Source of the DNA: Acidobacteriota bacterium
Lineage (GTDB): Bacteria; Acidobacteriota; Terriglobia; Bryobacterales; Bryobacteraceae
NCBI GenBank assembly: GCA_037439565.1
Contig: JBBIVT010000003.1
Span: forward strand, 41,583 to 100,286
Length of the DNA stretch: 58,704 nt
Reading direction: 5' to 3'
Shown here one piece after another: positions 35,876-45,226 of this stretch. The stretch's first letter is position 1. Every line of letters begins with the position of its first letter. The position numbers and the translations under genes are program-made. The notes below the pieces were generated by a model. The model saw nothing but the letters and a program-made list of their open reading frames with translations. It made no database searches and was not told where the DNA came from.

Positions 35876-37736
35876 CGGCGCGCTGGAGCGCACGCCCAGG
35901 GATCGCGCCGCGTATCTCCGCGTGGTGTGCGCCCGCGACGACGAACTGCGCCGCGAAGTAGAGAGTCTGCTCGCCAGCCACGAGGAGGCCAGCGGCTTTC
36001 TCGCCAAACCGGCGGCGGATCTGGGCTACACGCTGCCCTATTCCGGCGAGGAATCGGGCGAATATCCGGAAGGCTTCCGCGCCGGCCCTTACCGGTTGGA
36101 AAAGCGCATCGGCCGCGGCGGCATGGGCTCGGTGTGGCTGGCGTCGCGCGGAGATGGGCGCGGCGACGTGCAAAAGGTGGCCGTGAAGCTGGTCAAGCGC
36201 GGGATGGACACCACCGAAATCCTGCGCCGCTTCCGCCTGGAGAGGAAGGTGCTCGCCAGCCTCGATCATCCCAACATCGCGCGCCTGATCGATGGCGGAT
36301 CGACCCCCGATGGCATGCCGTTTCTGGCGATGGAATACGTGGAGGGCGTGCCCATCGATCAATATTGCGAGGCGCGCGCCAGCACCATCACGGAGCGGCT
36401 GAGGCTGTTCCGCGACGTCTGTTCCGCGGTGCAGTACGCGCATCAGAACCTTGTCGTTCATCGCGACATCAAAACCGGCAACATCCTGGTGACGCAGGAG
36501 GGCGTGGTGAAATTGCTCGATTTCGGCATCGCCAAGCTGCTGCGGACCGACCTTTCCACCCTGGAGATGGCGCAGACCAGGCCGGAACTGCGGCCAATGA
36601 CGCTCGACTACGCCAGTCCGGAACAGGTGCGCGGGGATCCGATTACGACGTCGACCGACGTGTACTCGCTTGGCGTGCTTCTGTACAAGCTCCTGACCGG
36701 GAAGTTGCCATATGCCCTGAACGCGCGAACCCCGGAAGCCATCCGTCAGGCGGTTCTCGAAATGGAGCCGCGGCGGCCCAGCAGTGTGATCCTCAGCGAC
36801 TCCAGGAATGCCATCCCGCAGGCCACCCAGAAGATGGAAGCGATTACGGCGGAGACCCGCGACGTGGCGCGCAAACGTTTAAGGAAGAAGCTCAGCGGCG
36901 ATCTGGACATGATCATCCTGAAGGCGTTGCGCAAGGAACCCCAGAAGCGGTATCCCTCCGTCGAGCAGTTTTCAGAGGATATCCGGCGATATCTGGAGCG
37001 CCGCCCGGTGATCGCGCGCATCGACACGCCAGGCTACCGGTTCCGGAAATTCGTCCGGCGCAACGCTCTGGCGGTGGGCGCGGCGGCCGCGCTGACGCTC
37101 ACGCTGCTGGCCAGCGCGATATTTCTAGCCAGCCGGGAACGCGCGGAGTCGCGGCGTTTCGAGAATCAAACGGTGATGCTGCAGCGCCAGTTGATCCGCG
37201 CGGATCTGGAGGTCGGCAGCGCCGCACGCGTCCGCGAGGCGTATACCCTCGCTTCGGCGATCTGGCAGACACATCAGAGCGACGGCGAATCGCGCCGTGA
37301 TCTGGCGGAGGCGGCGTTGAAGCTGGGCGATCTCACCCAGGACCAGGAGGCGGCGGGGAAACTCTACGGTGAGGCGCTTGCGCAGTTCGAGGCGCTCGCG
37401 CGTAACGGCGACCGGGTAACCCAGAGGAGCCTGGGATCCGCCGCCGCGAAGATCGGCGGAGTGGAATTGGCGCGCGGCAACGTCCTGGCGGCGCTGGCGA
37501 GCTTCAGCCGGTCCTTGCGGGTCGCCGACGGGATCGCCGCCGCCGAAGGCCCCAATGCGACGAATCAGACGAAGCTGGCGCTGGCCCAGGCGAATGCCCA
37601 GGTCGGCCAGGCACTATTGCGCAATGGCGCGGTCGCCGAGGGTGTGTCAAAGTTGAAGAAGGCTCTCGGAATTTATCGCGCGCTCGGCGAGGGTGAGCGT
37701 GCCGCTGCGGTGGAAGAAGAACTCAACCGCCGCTAG
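35835..37736 (+). CDS. Ser/Thr protein kinase with a TM segment and a C-terminal TPR-like domain
   Basis: The GTG start overlaps the sigma gene by 41 nt. PERWAQVRQTFDGALE...LLASHEE leader. Kinase motifs VAVKLVK, HRDIKTGNILV, DFGIAK, YASPEQ. TM ALAVGAAAALTLTLLASAIFL. Confidence 0.92.
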   Translation: MTPERWAQVRQTFDGALERTPRDRAAYLRVVCARDDELRREVESLLASHEEASGFLAKPAADLGYTLPYSGEESGEYPEGFRAGPYRLEKRIGRGGMGSVWLASRGDGRGDVQKVAVKLVKRGMDTTEILRRFRLERKVLASLDHPNIARLIDGGSTPDGMPFLAMEYVEGVPIDQYCEARASTITERLRLFRDVCSAVQYAHQNLVVHRDIKTGNILVTQEGVVKLLDFGIAKLLRTDLSTLEMAQTRPELRPMTLDYASPEQVRGDPITTSTDVYSLGVLLYKLLTGKLPYALNARTPEAIRQAVLEMEPRRPSSVILSDSRNAIPQATQKMEAITAETRDVARKRLRKKLSGDLDMIILKALRKEPQKRYPSVEQFSEDIRRYLERRPVIARIDTPGYRFRKFVRRNALAVGAAAALTLTLLASAIFLASRERAESRRFENQTVMLQRQLIRADLEVGSAARVREAYTLASAIWQTHQSDGESRRDLAEAALKLGDLTQDQEAAGKLYGEALAQFEALARNGDRVTQRSLGSAAAKIGGVELARGNVLAALASFSRSLRVADGIAAAEGPNATNQTKLALAQANAQVGQALLRNGAVAEGVSKLKKALGIYRALGEGERAAAVEEELNRR

Positions 37737-37820
37737 CGGTATATGCCGAACAGCGGACATGTTTCCCGCATCGGTTCCCGTCCCGCGGTATCTAATTTTC
37801 TATAGGAGTTTGTCCTTCAG

Positions 37821-40800
37821 GTGTGGATTGTCGAAGTCGCGCTAAGGCGCCCGTACACGTTTATCGTGTTGGCGCTGCTGATTCTGATCATCAGTCCCCT
37901 GGTGATTCTGCGCACCCCCACGGATATTTTCCCGAACATCAATATCCCGGTTGTCAGTGTTCTCTATCAGTACGGAGGGTTGAGCGCGGAGGAGATGGAG
38001 CAGCGCATCACCTCGGTCTACGAGCGCATCCTGACCACCACGGTGAACGACATTGAACATATTGAATCGACATCGCTGAACGGCATCGGAGTGGTCAAGG
38101 TGTATTTTCAGCCCGGTGTGCAGGTAACCGCCGCGGTGGCGCAGTTGACGGCATCGTCGCAGCCCGCGGTCCGCCTGATGCCTCCGGGCACGGTTCCTCC
38201 CCTGGTGATCAGCTACAGCGCGTCGAGCGTGCCGATCCTGCAACTGGCGCTGTCCGGGCAGGGGCTTTCCGAGCAGCAGTTGAACGATTTCGGGACCAAT
38301 TTCATCCGCCAGTCCCTGGCGACGGTGCCGGGCGCGTCCGTGCCATGGCCCTACGGCGGGAAGCAGCGGCAGATCATGATCGACCTGAACGCCGCGGAAC
38401 TTCAGGCGCAGGGGCTTTCGCCGAGCGATATCGTTTCGGCGGTGAACGCCCAGAACCTGATTATTCCCGCGGGGACGTCGAAGATCGGGCAGTTCGAATA
38501 TGACGTGGACCTGAACGCCAGCCCCAAAACGGTGCAGGAGTTGAACGATCTGCCTGTGAAATCGGCCAACGGCACAACCATTTACATTCGCGACGTGGCC
38601 CATGTGCGCGACGGATTTTCTCCGCAGACCAACGTGGTGCGCCGCGACGGTATGCGCGGATCGCTGCTGACGGTGCAGAAGGTGGGCGCAACGTCGACGC
38701 TCGACATCGTGCAGAAGGTGAAGGACGCGCTGCCGGCGATCCGCGCCGCGCTGCCGCCGGAGATGCGGATCGAACCCCTGGCAGATCAATCGCTATTCGT
38801 GCGCGCGGCGGTGAACGGCGTTATCCGTGAGGCGATCCTCGCGGCCTGCCTGACGGCGGCGATGATTCTGCTATTCCTTGGCAGTTGGCGCAGCACGCTG
38901 ATTATCGCCGTCTCCATCCCGTTGTCGATCCTGACCTCGATTATGTGCCTGAGCGCGCTCGGCGAGACGATCAATATCATGACGTTGGGCGGGTTGGCGC
39001 TGGCCGTGGGCATCCTGGTGGACGACGCCACGGTAACCATTGAAAACATCGAGCGCAACTTTGAAGAGGGGAAGGACCTGCACGAAGGCATTTTGCAGGG
39101 TGCGGCGCAGATCGCGCTGCCCGCCCTGGTTTCCACCCTGGCCATCTGCATCGTCTTTATCCCGATGTTCTTTTTGAGCGGCGTGGCGCGATACCTGTTC
39201 ATCCCCCTGGCCGAGGCGGTGGTGTTCGCCATGCTTGCGTCCTACGTGCTGTCGCGCACCCTGGTCCCGACGATGGCGATGTTCCTGCTGCGGGCGCACG
39301 GAGGACATCGGGGCAAGCCATCGCCCTGGAATATCGCGGCGCGTTTTCAAATCTGGTTTCAGGGAGCCTTCGACGCCGCGCGCGATGCCTATCACGCCTT
39401 GCTGAAGCGTCTCATCGCCGCGCCGGGCCTCTTCTTGCCTTTGTTTTTGGGAGCCTGCGCGGCGGTATTCGCCCTCTATCCCTGGTTAGGGCAGGATTTC
39501 TTCCCCACCAGCGACGCCGGCCAGATCAAGCTGCACATCCGCACGAAGACCGGGATGCGCATCGAGGAGACCGCCGCGGTTTGCGACCGCGTGGAGCAGG
39601 CGATCCGCCGCGCGGTTCCTCCGGCCGAGGTCTCCAGCATCATCGATAACATCGGCCTGCCGTATTCGAGCATCAACCTTTCCTACAGCACTTCCGCGCC
39701 GATCGGCACCATGGACGCGGATATCCTGGTATCCCTCAACGACGGGCACCGGCCGGCCAGCGAATACGTCCGCGAATTGCGCAGGAATCTGCCGCGCGAG
39801 TTCCCCGGCGTGAGTTTCGCCTTCCTGCCGGCGGACATCATCAGCCAGATTCTGAATTTCGGATTGCCCGCGCCGGTGGATGTGCAGGTCGTCGGGCTCG
39901 ATATCGACGCCAATCGCGCCTACGCCCAGGCGCTGCTCGAACAACTGCGCCAGGTTTCGGGACTCGTGGACTTACATATGCATCAACTGTTCGATCAGCC
40001 GAAGTTGCACGTCGCGGTGGACCGGACCAAGGCGTCGGAGGGCGGCCTTACGGAAAAGGATGTCGCCAATAGCATGGTAATCGCGCTGAGCGGCAGTTTC
40101 CAGACCACTCCTGCCTTCTGGCTGAACCCGAAGAACGGCGTAAATTACAGCCTGATCGCGCAATCGCCGCAGTATTCGATCAGTTCCCTGGACGATCTGG
40201 AAAATATTTCCCTCACCGGCCCGGGGACCTCGCAAGCAGGGATTCTGGGCGATGTGGCGTCCACCACCCGCGGCGTGGGGATGGCCGTGGTGACGCAGTA
40301 CAACATTCAGCGTACGATCGATTTGTACGGGTCGGTGCAGGATCGCGACCTGGGCGCGGTGGCGGCAGACGTAACCCGCATTGTCGATGCAAGCCGTAAA
40401 TCCCTGCCGCGTGGAGCCCAGGTGGTCATCCGGGGGCAGGTGCAAACCATGAAATCCTCGTATACGGGTCTGCTCGGCGGACTGGCCCTGGCGATTGTCC
40501 TGGTCTATCTGCTGATCGTGGTGAATTTTCAAAGCTGGCTGGATCCTTTCATCATCATCACCGCTCTGCCGGCGGCGATGGCGGGAATCGTGCTTTCGCT
40601 GTTCTTCACCCATACGGCGGTGAGCGTTCCCGCCCTGATGGGGGCGATTATGAGCGTCGGAGTGGCCACGGCGAACAGCATCCTGATGGTGAGCTTCGCG
40701 ATCGGCCGCTTCGCCGAGGAGGGCGATCCGAAACTGGCCGCGCTCGACGCCGGGTTCGCGCGCTTCCGCCCCGTGGTGATGACGGCGTTGGCCATGATCA

Positions 40801-40961
40801 TCGGGATGGTTCCCATGGCGCTCGGCGTGGGTGAAGGCGGTGAGCAGAACGCTCCCCTGGGCCGGGCGGTCATCGGAGGATTGTCGCTGGCCACCGTTGC
40901 TACTTTACTTTTCGTGCCGGTCGTGTTCAGCGTGCTGCACAGACACCGGAAGATTGCGTGA
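37821..40961 (+). CDS. RND efflux transporter permease (AcrB/HAE family)
   Basis: 1046 aa. RPYTFIVLALLILIISPLVILRTPTDIFPNINIPVV at the start and the 12-TM/two-loop RND architecture. Confidence 0.93.
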   Translation: MWIVEVALRRPYTFIVLALLILIISPLVILRTPTDIFPNINIPVVSVLYQYGGLSAEEMEQRITSVYERILTTTVNDIEHIESTSLNGIGVVKVYFQPGVQVTAAVAQLTASSQPAVRLMPPGTVPPLVISYSASSVPILQLALSGQGLSEQQLNDFGTNFIRQSLATVPGASVPWPYGGKQRQIMIDLNAAELQAQGLSPSDIVSAVNAQNLIIPAGTSKIGQFEYDVDLNASPKTVQELNDLPVKSANGTTIYIRDVAHVRDGFSPQTNVVRRDGMRGSLLTVQKVGATSTLDIVQKVKDALPAIRAALPPEMRIEPLADQSLFVRAAVNGVIREAILAACLTAAMILLFLGSWRSTLIIAVSIPLSILTSIMCLSALGETINIMTLGGLALAVGILVDDATVTIENIERNFEEGKDLHEGILQGAAQIALPALVSTLAICIVFIPMFFLSGVARYLFIPLAEAVVFAMLASYVLSRTLVPTMAMFLLRAHGGHRGKPSPWNIAARFQIWFQGAFDAARDAYHALLKRLIAAPGLFLPLFLGACAAVFALYPWLGQDFFPTSDAGQIKLHIRTKTGMRIEETAAVCDRVEQAIRRAVPPAEVSSIIDNIGLPYSSINLSYSTSAPIGTMDADILVSLNDGHRPASEYVRELRRNLPREFPGVSFAFLPADIISQILNFGLPAPVDVQVVGLDIDANRAYAQALLEQLRQVSGLVDLHMHQLFDQPKLHVAVDRTKASEGGLTEKDVANSMVIALSGSFQTTPAFWLNPKNGVNYSLIAQSPQYSISSLDDLENISLTGPGTSQAGILGDVASTTRGVGMAVVTQYNIQRTIDLYGSVQDRDLGAVAADVTRIVDASRKSLPRGAQVVIRGQVQTMKSSYTGLLGGLALAIVLVYLLIVVNFQSWLDPFIIITALPAAMAGIVLSLFFTHTAVSVPALMGAIMSVGVATANSILMVSFAIGRFAEEGDPKLAALDAGFARFRPVVMTALAMIIGMVPMALGVGEGGEQNAPLGRAVIGGLSLATVATLLFVPVVFSVLHRHRKIA

Positions 40962-42112
40962 GTAAGAATATGAATGTGTTCGGGAAAGTGCTTCGAATCG
41001 TCGCGGTGGCGGCGCTGATTCTGCTGCTGGCCGTGGGTATTTACCGCGGTATCCATACGCGGATCGAGGCCGCCGCGAATGTGAAGCAGGCGACCATCGA
41101 TATGTCCGTGCCCACGGTTTCCGTGGTTCATCCGAAGCGCGGCGCGCTCCAGAGCGAGATCGTGCTTCCGGGCAACGTGCAGCCGTTCATCGCCTCGCCG
41201 ATCTACGCGCGGACCAGCGGTTATCTGAAAACATGGCACGTGGATATCGGCGGCCATGTGAAGACGGGCGATCTTCTGGCCGAGATCGAGTCGCCGGAAG
41301 TGGACCGGCAACTGGAGCAGGCCAAGGCCGATTTGAAGACCGCGCAGGCGAATCTGAAACTGGCCGAAATCACTTTGAACCGCGATCTGGGATTGATGAA
41401 GGACGCGATTTCCAAGCAGGAACTGGACAACGCCAGCGGCGCATTTGAGTCGGACAAAGCGGCAGTGGAATCGCAAAGCGCCAATGTGAGGCACCTGGAA
41501 CAATTGGTGGCGTTCGAGAAGGTCTACGCTCCGTTCGACGGCGTCATCACCGCGCGCAACACGGATATCGGGGCGCTCATCAACGCCGGCAACGGCGGGA
41601 CGTCGCAGCAGTTGTTTGCGCTGGCCGCCACGACAACCTTGCGCGTGTTCGTGAATGTTCCGCAGGTCTATTCGCGCTCGGCACTGCCGGGCGTGGTGGC
41701 GCGCCTCACCTTTGCCGAGTATCCGAACCGCTTCTTTACGGGCAAGGTCGTTCGCAATGCCGAAGCCATCGACCCCTCGATGCGCACCCTGTTGACGGAA
41801 GTGGACGTGGACAATACCCACGGGGATTTACTGGCGGGTGCGTTCGCGCAAGTACACCTGACGCTTCCCTCCAAGGCGCCGGCGCTGGTGCTGCCCGTGA
41901 ACTCGCTGTTGTTTCGCGCCGAAGGCATGCAGGCCGGCGTGGTGCGCGAAGATGGCACGGTGCAGTTGATGCCACTCACAATCGGGAAGGACTACGGCAC
42001 GGAAGTAGAGGTCATTTCCGGCTTGAACGAGTCCGATGAGGTCATCGTCAATCCGCCGGATTCGCTCGTGAGCGGTATGAAGGTGCGCATCGCCAGCGCG
42101 CCTGCCCGCTAA
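40958..42112 (+). CDS. RND efflux periplasmic adaptor (membrane fusion protein)
   Basis: GTGA overlap with the permease. TM anchor, lipoyl-like VKTGDLLAEIESPEV, coiled-coil hairpin, beta-barrel domain. Confidence 0.88.
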   Translation: MSKNMNVFGKVLRIVAVAALILLLAVGIYRGIHTRIEAAANVKQATIDMSVPTVSVVHPKRGALQSEIVLPGNVQPFIASPIYARTSGYLKTWHVDIGGHVKTGDLLAEIESPEVDRQLEQAKADLKTAQANLKLAEITLNRDLGLMKDAISKQELDNASGAFESDKAAVESQSANVRHLEQLVAFEKVYAPFDGVITARNTDIGALINAGNGGTSQQLFALAATTTLRVFVNVPQVYSRSALPGVVARLTFAEYPNRFFTGKVVRNAEAIDPSMRTLLTEVDVDNTHGDLLAGAFAQVHLTLPSKAPALVLPVNSLLFRAEGMQAGVVREDGTVQLMPLTIGKDYGTEVEVISGLNESDEVIVNPPDSLVSGMKVRIASAPAR

Positions 42113-42117
42113 GGCCG

Positions 42118-43395
42118 TCAGACCCGCCAGACAATCACGCCGTTGACGATGGCCGCAACCGGACCGCCGCGGAACGTTTTCCCGTCGAACGGGGAATTGC
42201 GGCTCTTTGAAAATGATTTGTTCACGTCGTAGGTCCATTCGCGGTCGAGCGAAAAAATCGTCACGTCGCCGGCCGCGCCCTTGGCGAGCGTCCCTCGTGG
42301 AATTCTCAGAATGCGCGCGGGTCCGGTGGTGAAAAGCTCGACGAGCCTCATCAGGCCGGTTTTGCGCGTGTGCAGCAGCCGCTCCAGCGAGACGCCGAGT
42401 GCGGTTTCCAGCCCCAGGATCCCGAAAGGGCATTTTTCGAACTCCTGCATCTTTTCGCTGCCCGCATGCGGAGCGTGATCCGTCGCGATAGCGTCGATTG
42501 CGCCGTTCATTACGCCAGCGGTGACCGCCTCGATGTCGCCGTGCGTCCGCAACGGCGGTTTCATTTTGAAATTGCTGTCGTAGGGGATCATGTCCGCATC
42601 GGCGATGGCGAAATGATGCGGCGTGGTTTCGGCAGTCACGTTCAGGCCCCTGGCCTTGGCAAAAGCGACCATTTCCACGGAATGCTTCGCGGAAATGTGC
42701 GCCACGTGATACCGCGCGCCGGTCACTTCCGCCAGCAGGATGTCGCGCGCCACCATCACGTCCTCGGAACAGCCGGGGATCCCGCGCAGGCCGAGGCGCA
42801 CGGATTCGTACCCCTCATGCATATCGCCGCCGGCGCTCAGGTGGAGATCCTCGCAGTGGTTAATCACCGGGATCTGAAAGCTACGGGCGAACTCCATGGC
42901 GCGGCGCATTACCCGCGCGTTCATCACCGGACGGCCGTCGTCGGAGATCGCGACCGCGCCCGCGTTCACCATGGAGCCGATGGCGGCAAGTTCCTCGCCC
43001 TCGCTGCCCTTCGTAATCGCGCCGATCGGCCACACGTTCACGACGGCGCGGCGGCGGGCCTTCTCGACGATGTAGCTGGTCACCGTGGCGTTGTCGTTCA
43101 CCGGAGACGTGTTCGGCATGGGCGCGATTGAGGTGAATCCTCCCGCCGCGGCCGCCCGCGAGCCGGATTCGATGGTCTCGGCGTGCTCAAAACCAGGCTC
43201 GCGAAGATGCACGTGCATGTCGATGAAACCGGGCGCGACGATCAGCCCCCCCGCGTCGAAAATCTCCGCGCCTTGCTTCGATAGGTTCGCCCCCACGGCG
43301 GCGACCAGGCCGTCTTCGATCAGGACGTCCGCGATCCCGTCGTGACCCGAAGCTGGGTCCATCACACGGCCGTTCTTAATGAGTAGCGCCGCCAC
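42118..43395 (-). CDS. pyrC: Dihydroorotase
   Basis: LLIKNGRVMDP..., metal site FIDMHVHLREPG, HVAHIS, DHAPH. I prefer the GTG at 43395 (20-nt overlap with pyrB) to the track start at 43437. The start is uncertain. Confidence 0.9.
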   Translation of the reverse strand: MAALLIKNGRVMDPASGHDGIADVLIEDGLVAAVGANLSKQGAEIFDAGGLIVAPGFIDMHVHLREPGFEHAETIESGSRAAAAGGFTSIAPMPNTSPVNDNATVTSYIVEKARRRAVVNVWPIGAITKGSEGEELAAIGSMVNAGAVAISDDGRPVMNARVMRRAMEFARSFQIPVINHCEDLHLSAGGDMHEGYESVRLGLRGIPGCSEDVMVARDILLAEVTGARYHVAHISAKHSVEMVAFAKARGLNVTAETTPHHFAIADADMIPYDSNFKMKPPLRTHGDIEAVTAGVMNGAIDAIATDHAPHAGSEKMQEFEKCPFGILGLETALGVSLERLLHTRKTGLMRLVELFTTGPARILRIPRGTLAKGAAGDVTIFSLDREWTYDVNKSFSKSRNSPFDGKTFRGGPVAAIVNGVIVWRV

Positions 43396-44299
43396 CAAGC
43401 ACCCTTTCCAGTACGGCCATCCGTACCGCGATTCCATTTTCTACCTGATTCAAAATCACTGACCGCTGCGAATCCGCCACTTCCGAGGAGATCTCGCGTC
43501 CGCGGTTGATCGGCCCCGGATGCATCACGATGACATCCGGTTTCGCCAGCCGCAGATGCTCCAGGCGGAGGCCGTAGAACTGAAAATACTCGCTGGCCGG
43601 GAACGCCGATTCATGCTGCCTTTCTAGCTGCACGCGTAGCATCATGATGACGTCCGCATCGCGAATCGCCTCATCCAAATTCGTGGTCAGCGTAATGCCC
43701 GGGGCGATCTGTTGCAACTCCTGCGGCAGCAGCGACGCGGGCCCGCACAGCACGATTTGAGCGCCAAATTTGGAGAGCAGATACGCGTCGGACCGCGCCA
43801 CCCGGCTATGCGCGATATCGCCGATGATGGCCACGCGCAGCCCTTCGAGCGACGCGCCGCGGTCGAGGATCGTCCGCGCGTCCAGCAGGGCCTGGGTGGG
43901 ATGCTCATGCGTGCCGTCGCCGGCGTTGATGATCGGCGTGTCCAGATGCCTCTGCAGAAAATGCGGCGCGCCGGACGCCGCGTGACGCATGATGATTGCG
44001 TCCGGACGCATCGCCGCCAGCGTGTTCAGCGTGTCCACCAGGGATTCTCCCTTCGAAACGCTGGAGGCCTGCGCGTTGATGGACACTGCGTCCGCGCCCA
44101 GGCACTTCGCGGCGATCTCAAAGCTGGTGCGAGTGCGTGTCGAGGCCTCAAAAAACAGGTTCACTACCATGCGCCCGCGCAATAGATCGAGTTTGCGAAA
44201 GCCCTGGCCGGTCTGCGGCTGAAAATCGCGAGCCCGGTCCAGAATGGCCTGAATCTCATCCCTCGTCAGGCCTTCGATTCCCAACAACCCGCGCTTCAT
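43376..44299 (-). CDS. pyrB: Aspartate carbamoyltransferase catalytic subunit
   Basis: FFEASTRTRTSFE, HPTQALLD, HPGPINRG motifs; 307 aa. Confidence 0.95.
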   Translation of the reverse strand: MKRGLLGIEGLTRDEIQAILDRARDFQPQTGQGFRKLDLLRGRMVVNLFFEASTRTRTSFEIAAKCLGADAVSINAQASSVSKGESLVDTLNTLAAMRPDAIIMRHAASGAPHFLQRHLDTPIINAGDGTHEHPTQALLDARTILDRGASLEGLRVAIIGDIAHSRVARSDAYLLSKFGAQIVLCGPASLLPQELQQIAPGITLTTNLDEAIRDADVIMMLRVQLERQHESAFPASEYFQFYGLRLEHLRLAKPDVIVMHPGPINRGREISSEVADSQRSVILNQVENGIAVRMAVLERVLGGGATH

Positions 44300-44851
44300 C
44301 TATCCCACTTTCTCCACCAGAAGAACCTTCTCCATGCTGTCGATTTCGTTGAATTTCACTTCAATGATTTCGCTGTCCGTCGTCTGCACCATGCGGCCCG
44401 TGTACTGCGCTTCAATGGGGATTTCGCGATGCCCGCGATCGATCAACACTAGTAGTTGCACGCGCGCGGCGCGGCCCTGATCGAACAGCGCGTCGAGCGC
44501 GGCGCGAATGGTGCGCCCGGTGTACAGCACGTCGTCCATCAGGATGATGTCCCGGCCGGTGACATCGAATGGGATGTCGGTCGCGTTGAGCACCGGCTGC
44601 GTCGATACCGTGGAGAGATCGTCGCGGTACAGGTTGATGTCGAGGATGCCCACCGGGATCTTTCGATGTTCCAGATCCTCGATCTTCTTCGCCAGCCGCT
44701 GCGCCAGCGGAACTCCGCGGCGGCGGATACCGATGAAGGCCAGTTTATCCAGATTTGCAGTGCGCTCCAGAATTTCGTGCGCCAGGCGGACCAGCGTGCG
44801 GTCGATCTCGGAGGCGCTCATGAGTTGTGCTTTTTCGCGTGTGGCGGGCAT
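44300..44851 (-). CDS. pyrR: Bifunctional pyrimidine operon regulator / uracil phosphoribosyltransferase
   Basis: 183 aa. PRPP motif IILMDDVLYTGRTIRAALD. Its stop abuts the pyrB start. Confidence 0.93.
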   Translation of the reverse strand: MPATREKAQLMSASEIDRTLVRLAHEILERTANLDKLAFIGIRRRGVPLAQRLAKKIEDLEHRKIPVGILDINLYRDDLSTVSTQPVLNATDIPFDVTGRDIILMDDVLYTGRTIRAALDALFDQGRAARVQLLVLIDRGHREIPIEAQYTGRMVQTTDSEIIEVKFNEIDSMEKVLLVEKVG

Positions 44852-44888
44852 GGCGGATGAACGTATCAGCGTATCACAGAGCCGCCGG

Positions 44889-45206
44889 TCAATACTTCTT
44901 CAGCCGGCCCCGGATGGCCTTGGTCAGCCGCTCAATTTCGTCGAGCTTTTTCAGGGTCTTCACGGAGACCGCGTAGCGGTCGCTTTTTTCCAGTTCTTCG
45001 CCCACTTCGTCCGCTAATTTTGAGATGGCTGCGGCATCCGCCAGGTTCTTCTTGTGTTCTGCTTTTAAGATTTCGTCGCGTTGCGATTTGCCGTTGGGAA
45101 GCGTTACCTCCGGGGGCGTGCCCGGCGGCGGTGGCGGAATTGGCGGCGGCTGCTGCGCCAGCCCCAGAAATGCAAGTGTGGAGGCGAGCAAGATTCGTTT
45201 CATCAC
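44889..45206 (-). CDS. Small secreted hypothetical protein
   Basis: Signal peptide MMKRILLASTLAFLGLAQ, a PPPIPPPPPGTPP tract, and a charged helical C-terminus. Local GC is lower. I recognised no family. Confidence 0.5.
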   Translation of the reverse strand: MMKRILLASTLAFLGLAQQPPPIPPPPPGTPPEVTLPNGKSQRDEILKAEHKKNLADAAAISKLADEVGEELEKSDRYAVSVKTLKKLDEIERLTKAIRGRLKKY

Positions 45207-45226
45207 CTACAATGATACAGACGCGC

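Noticed and set aside
35219-36461. Minus-strand ORFs 35219-36007 (262 aa) and 35592-36461 (289 aa)
   Set aside because: They are antisense to the ECF sigma and Ser/Thr kinase genes, both of which have unambiguous motifs. The translations are Arg/Ala/Pro-rich.
44852-44888. PyrR-binding attenuator upstream of pyrR
   Set aside because: I found no UCCAGAGAGG-type loop by eye on the minus strand. Only a short generic GC stem is present. This is kept as a low-interest question and not as a feature.
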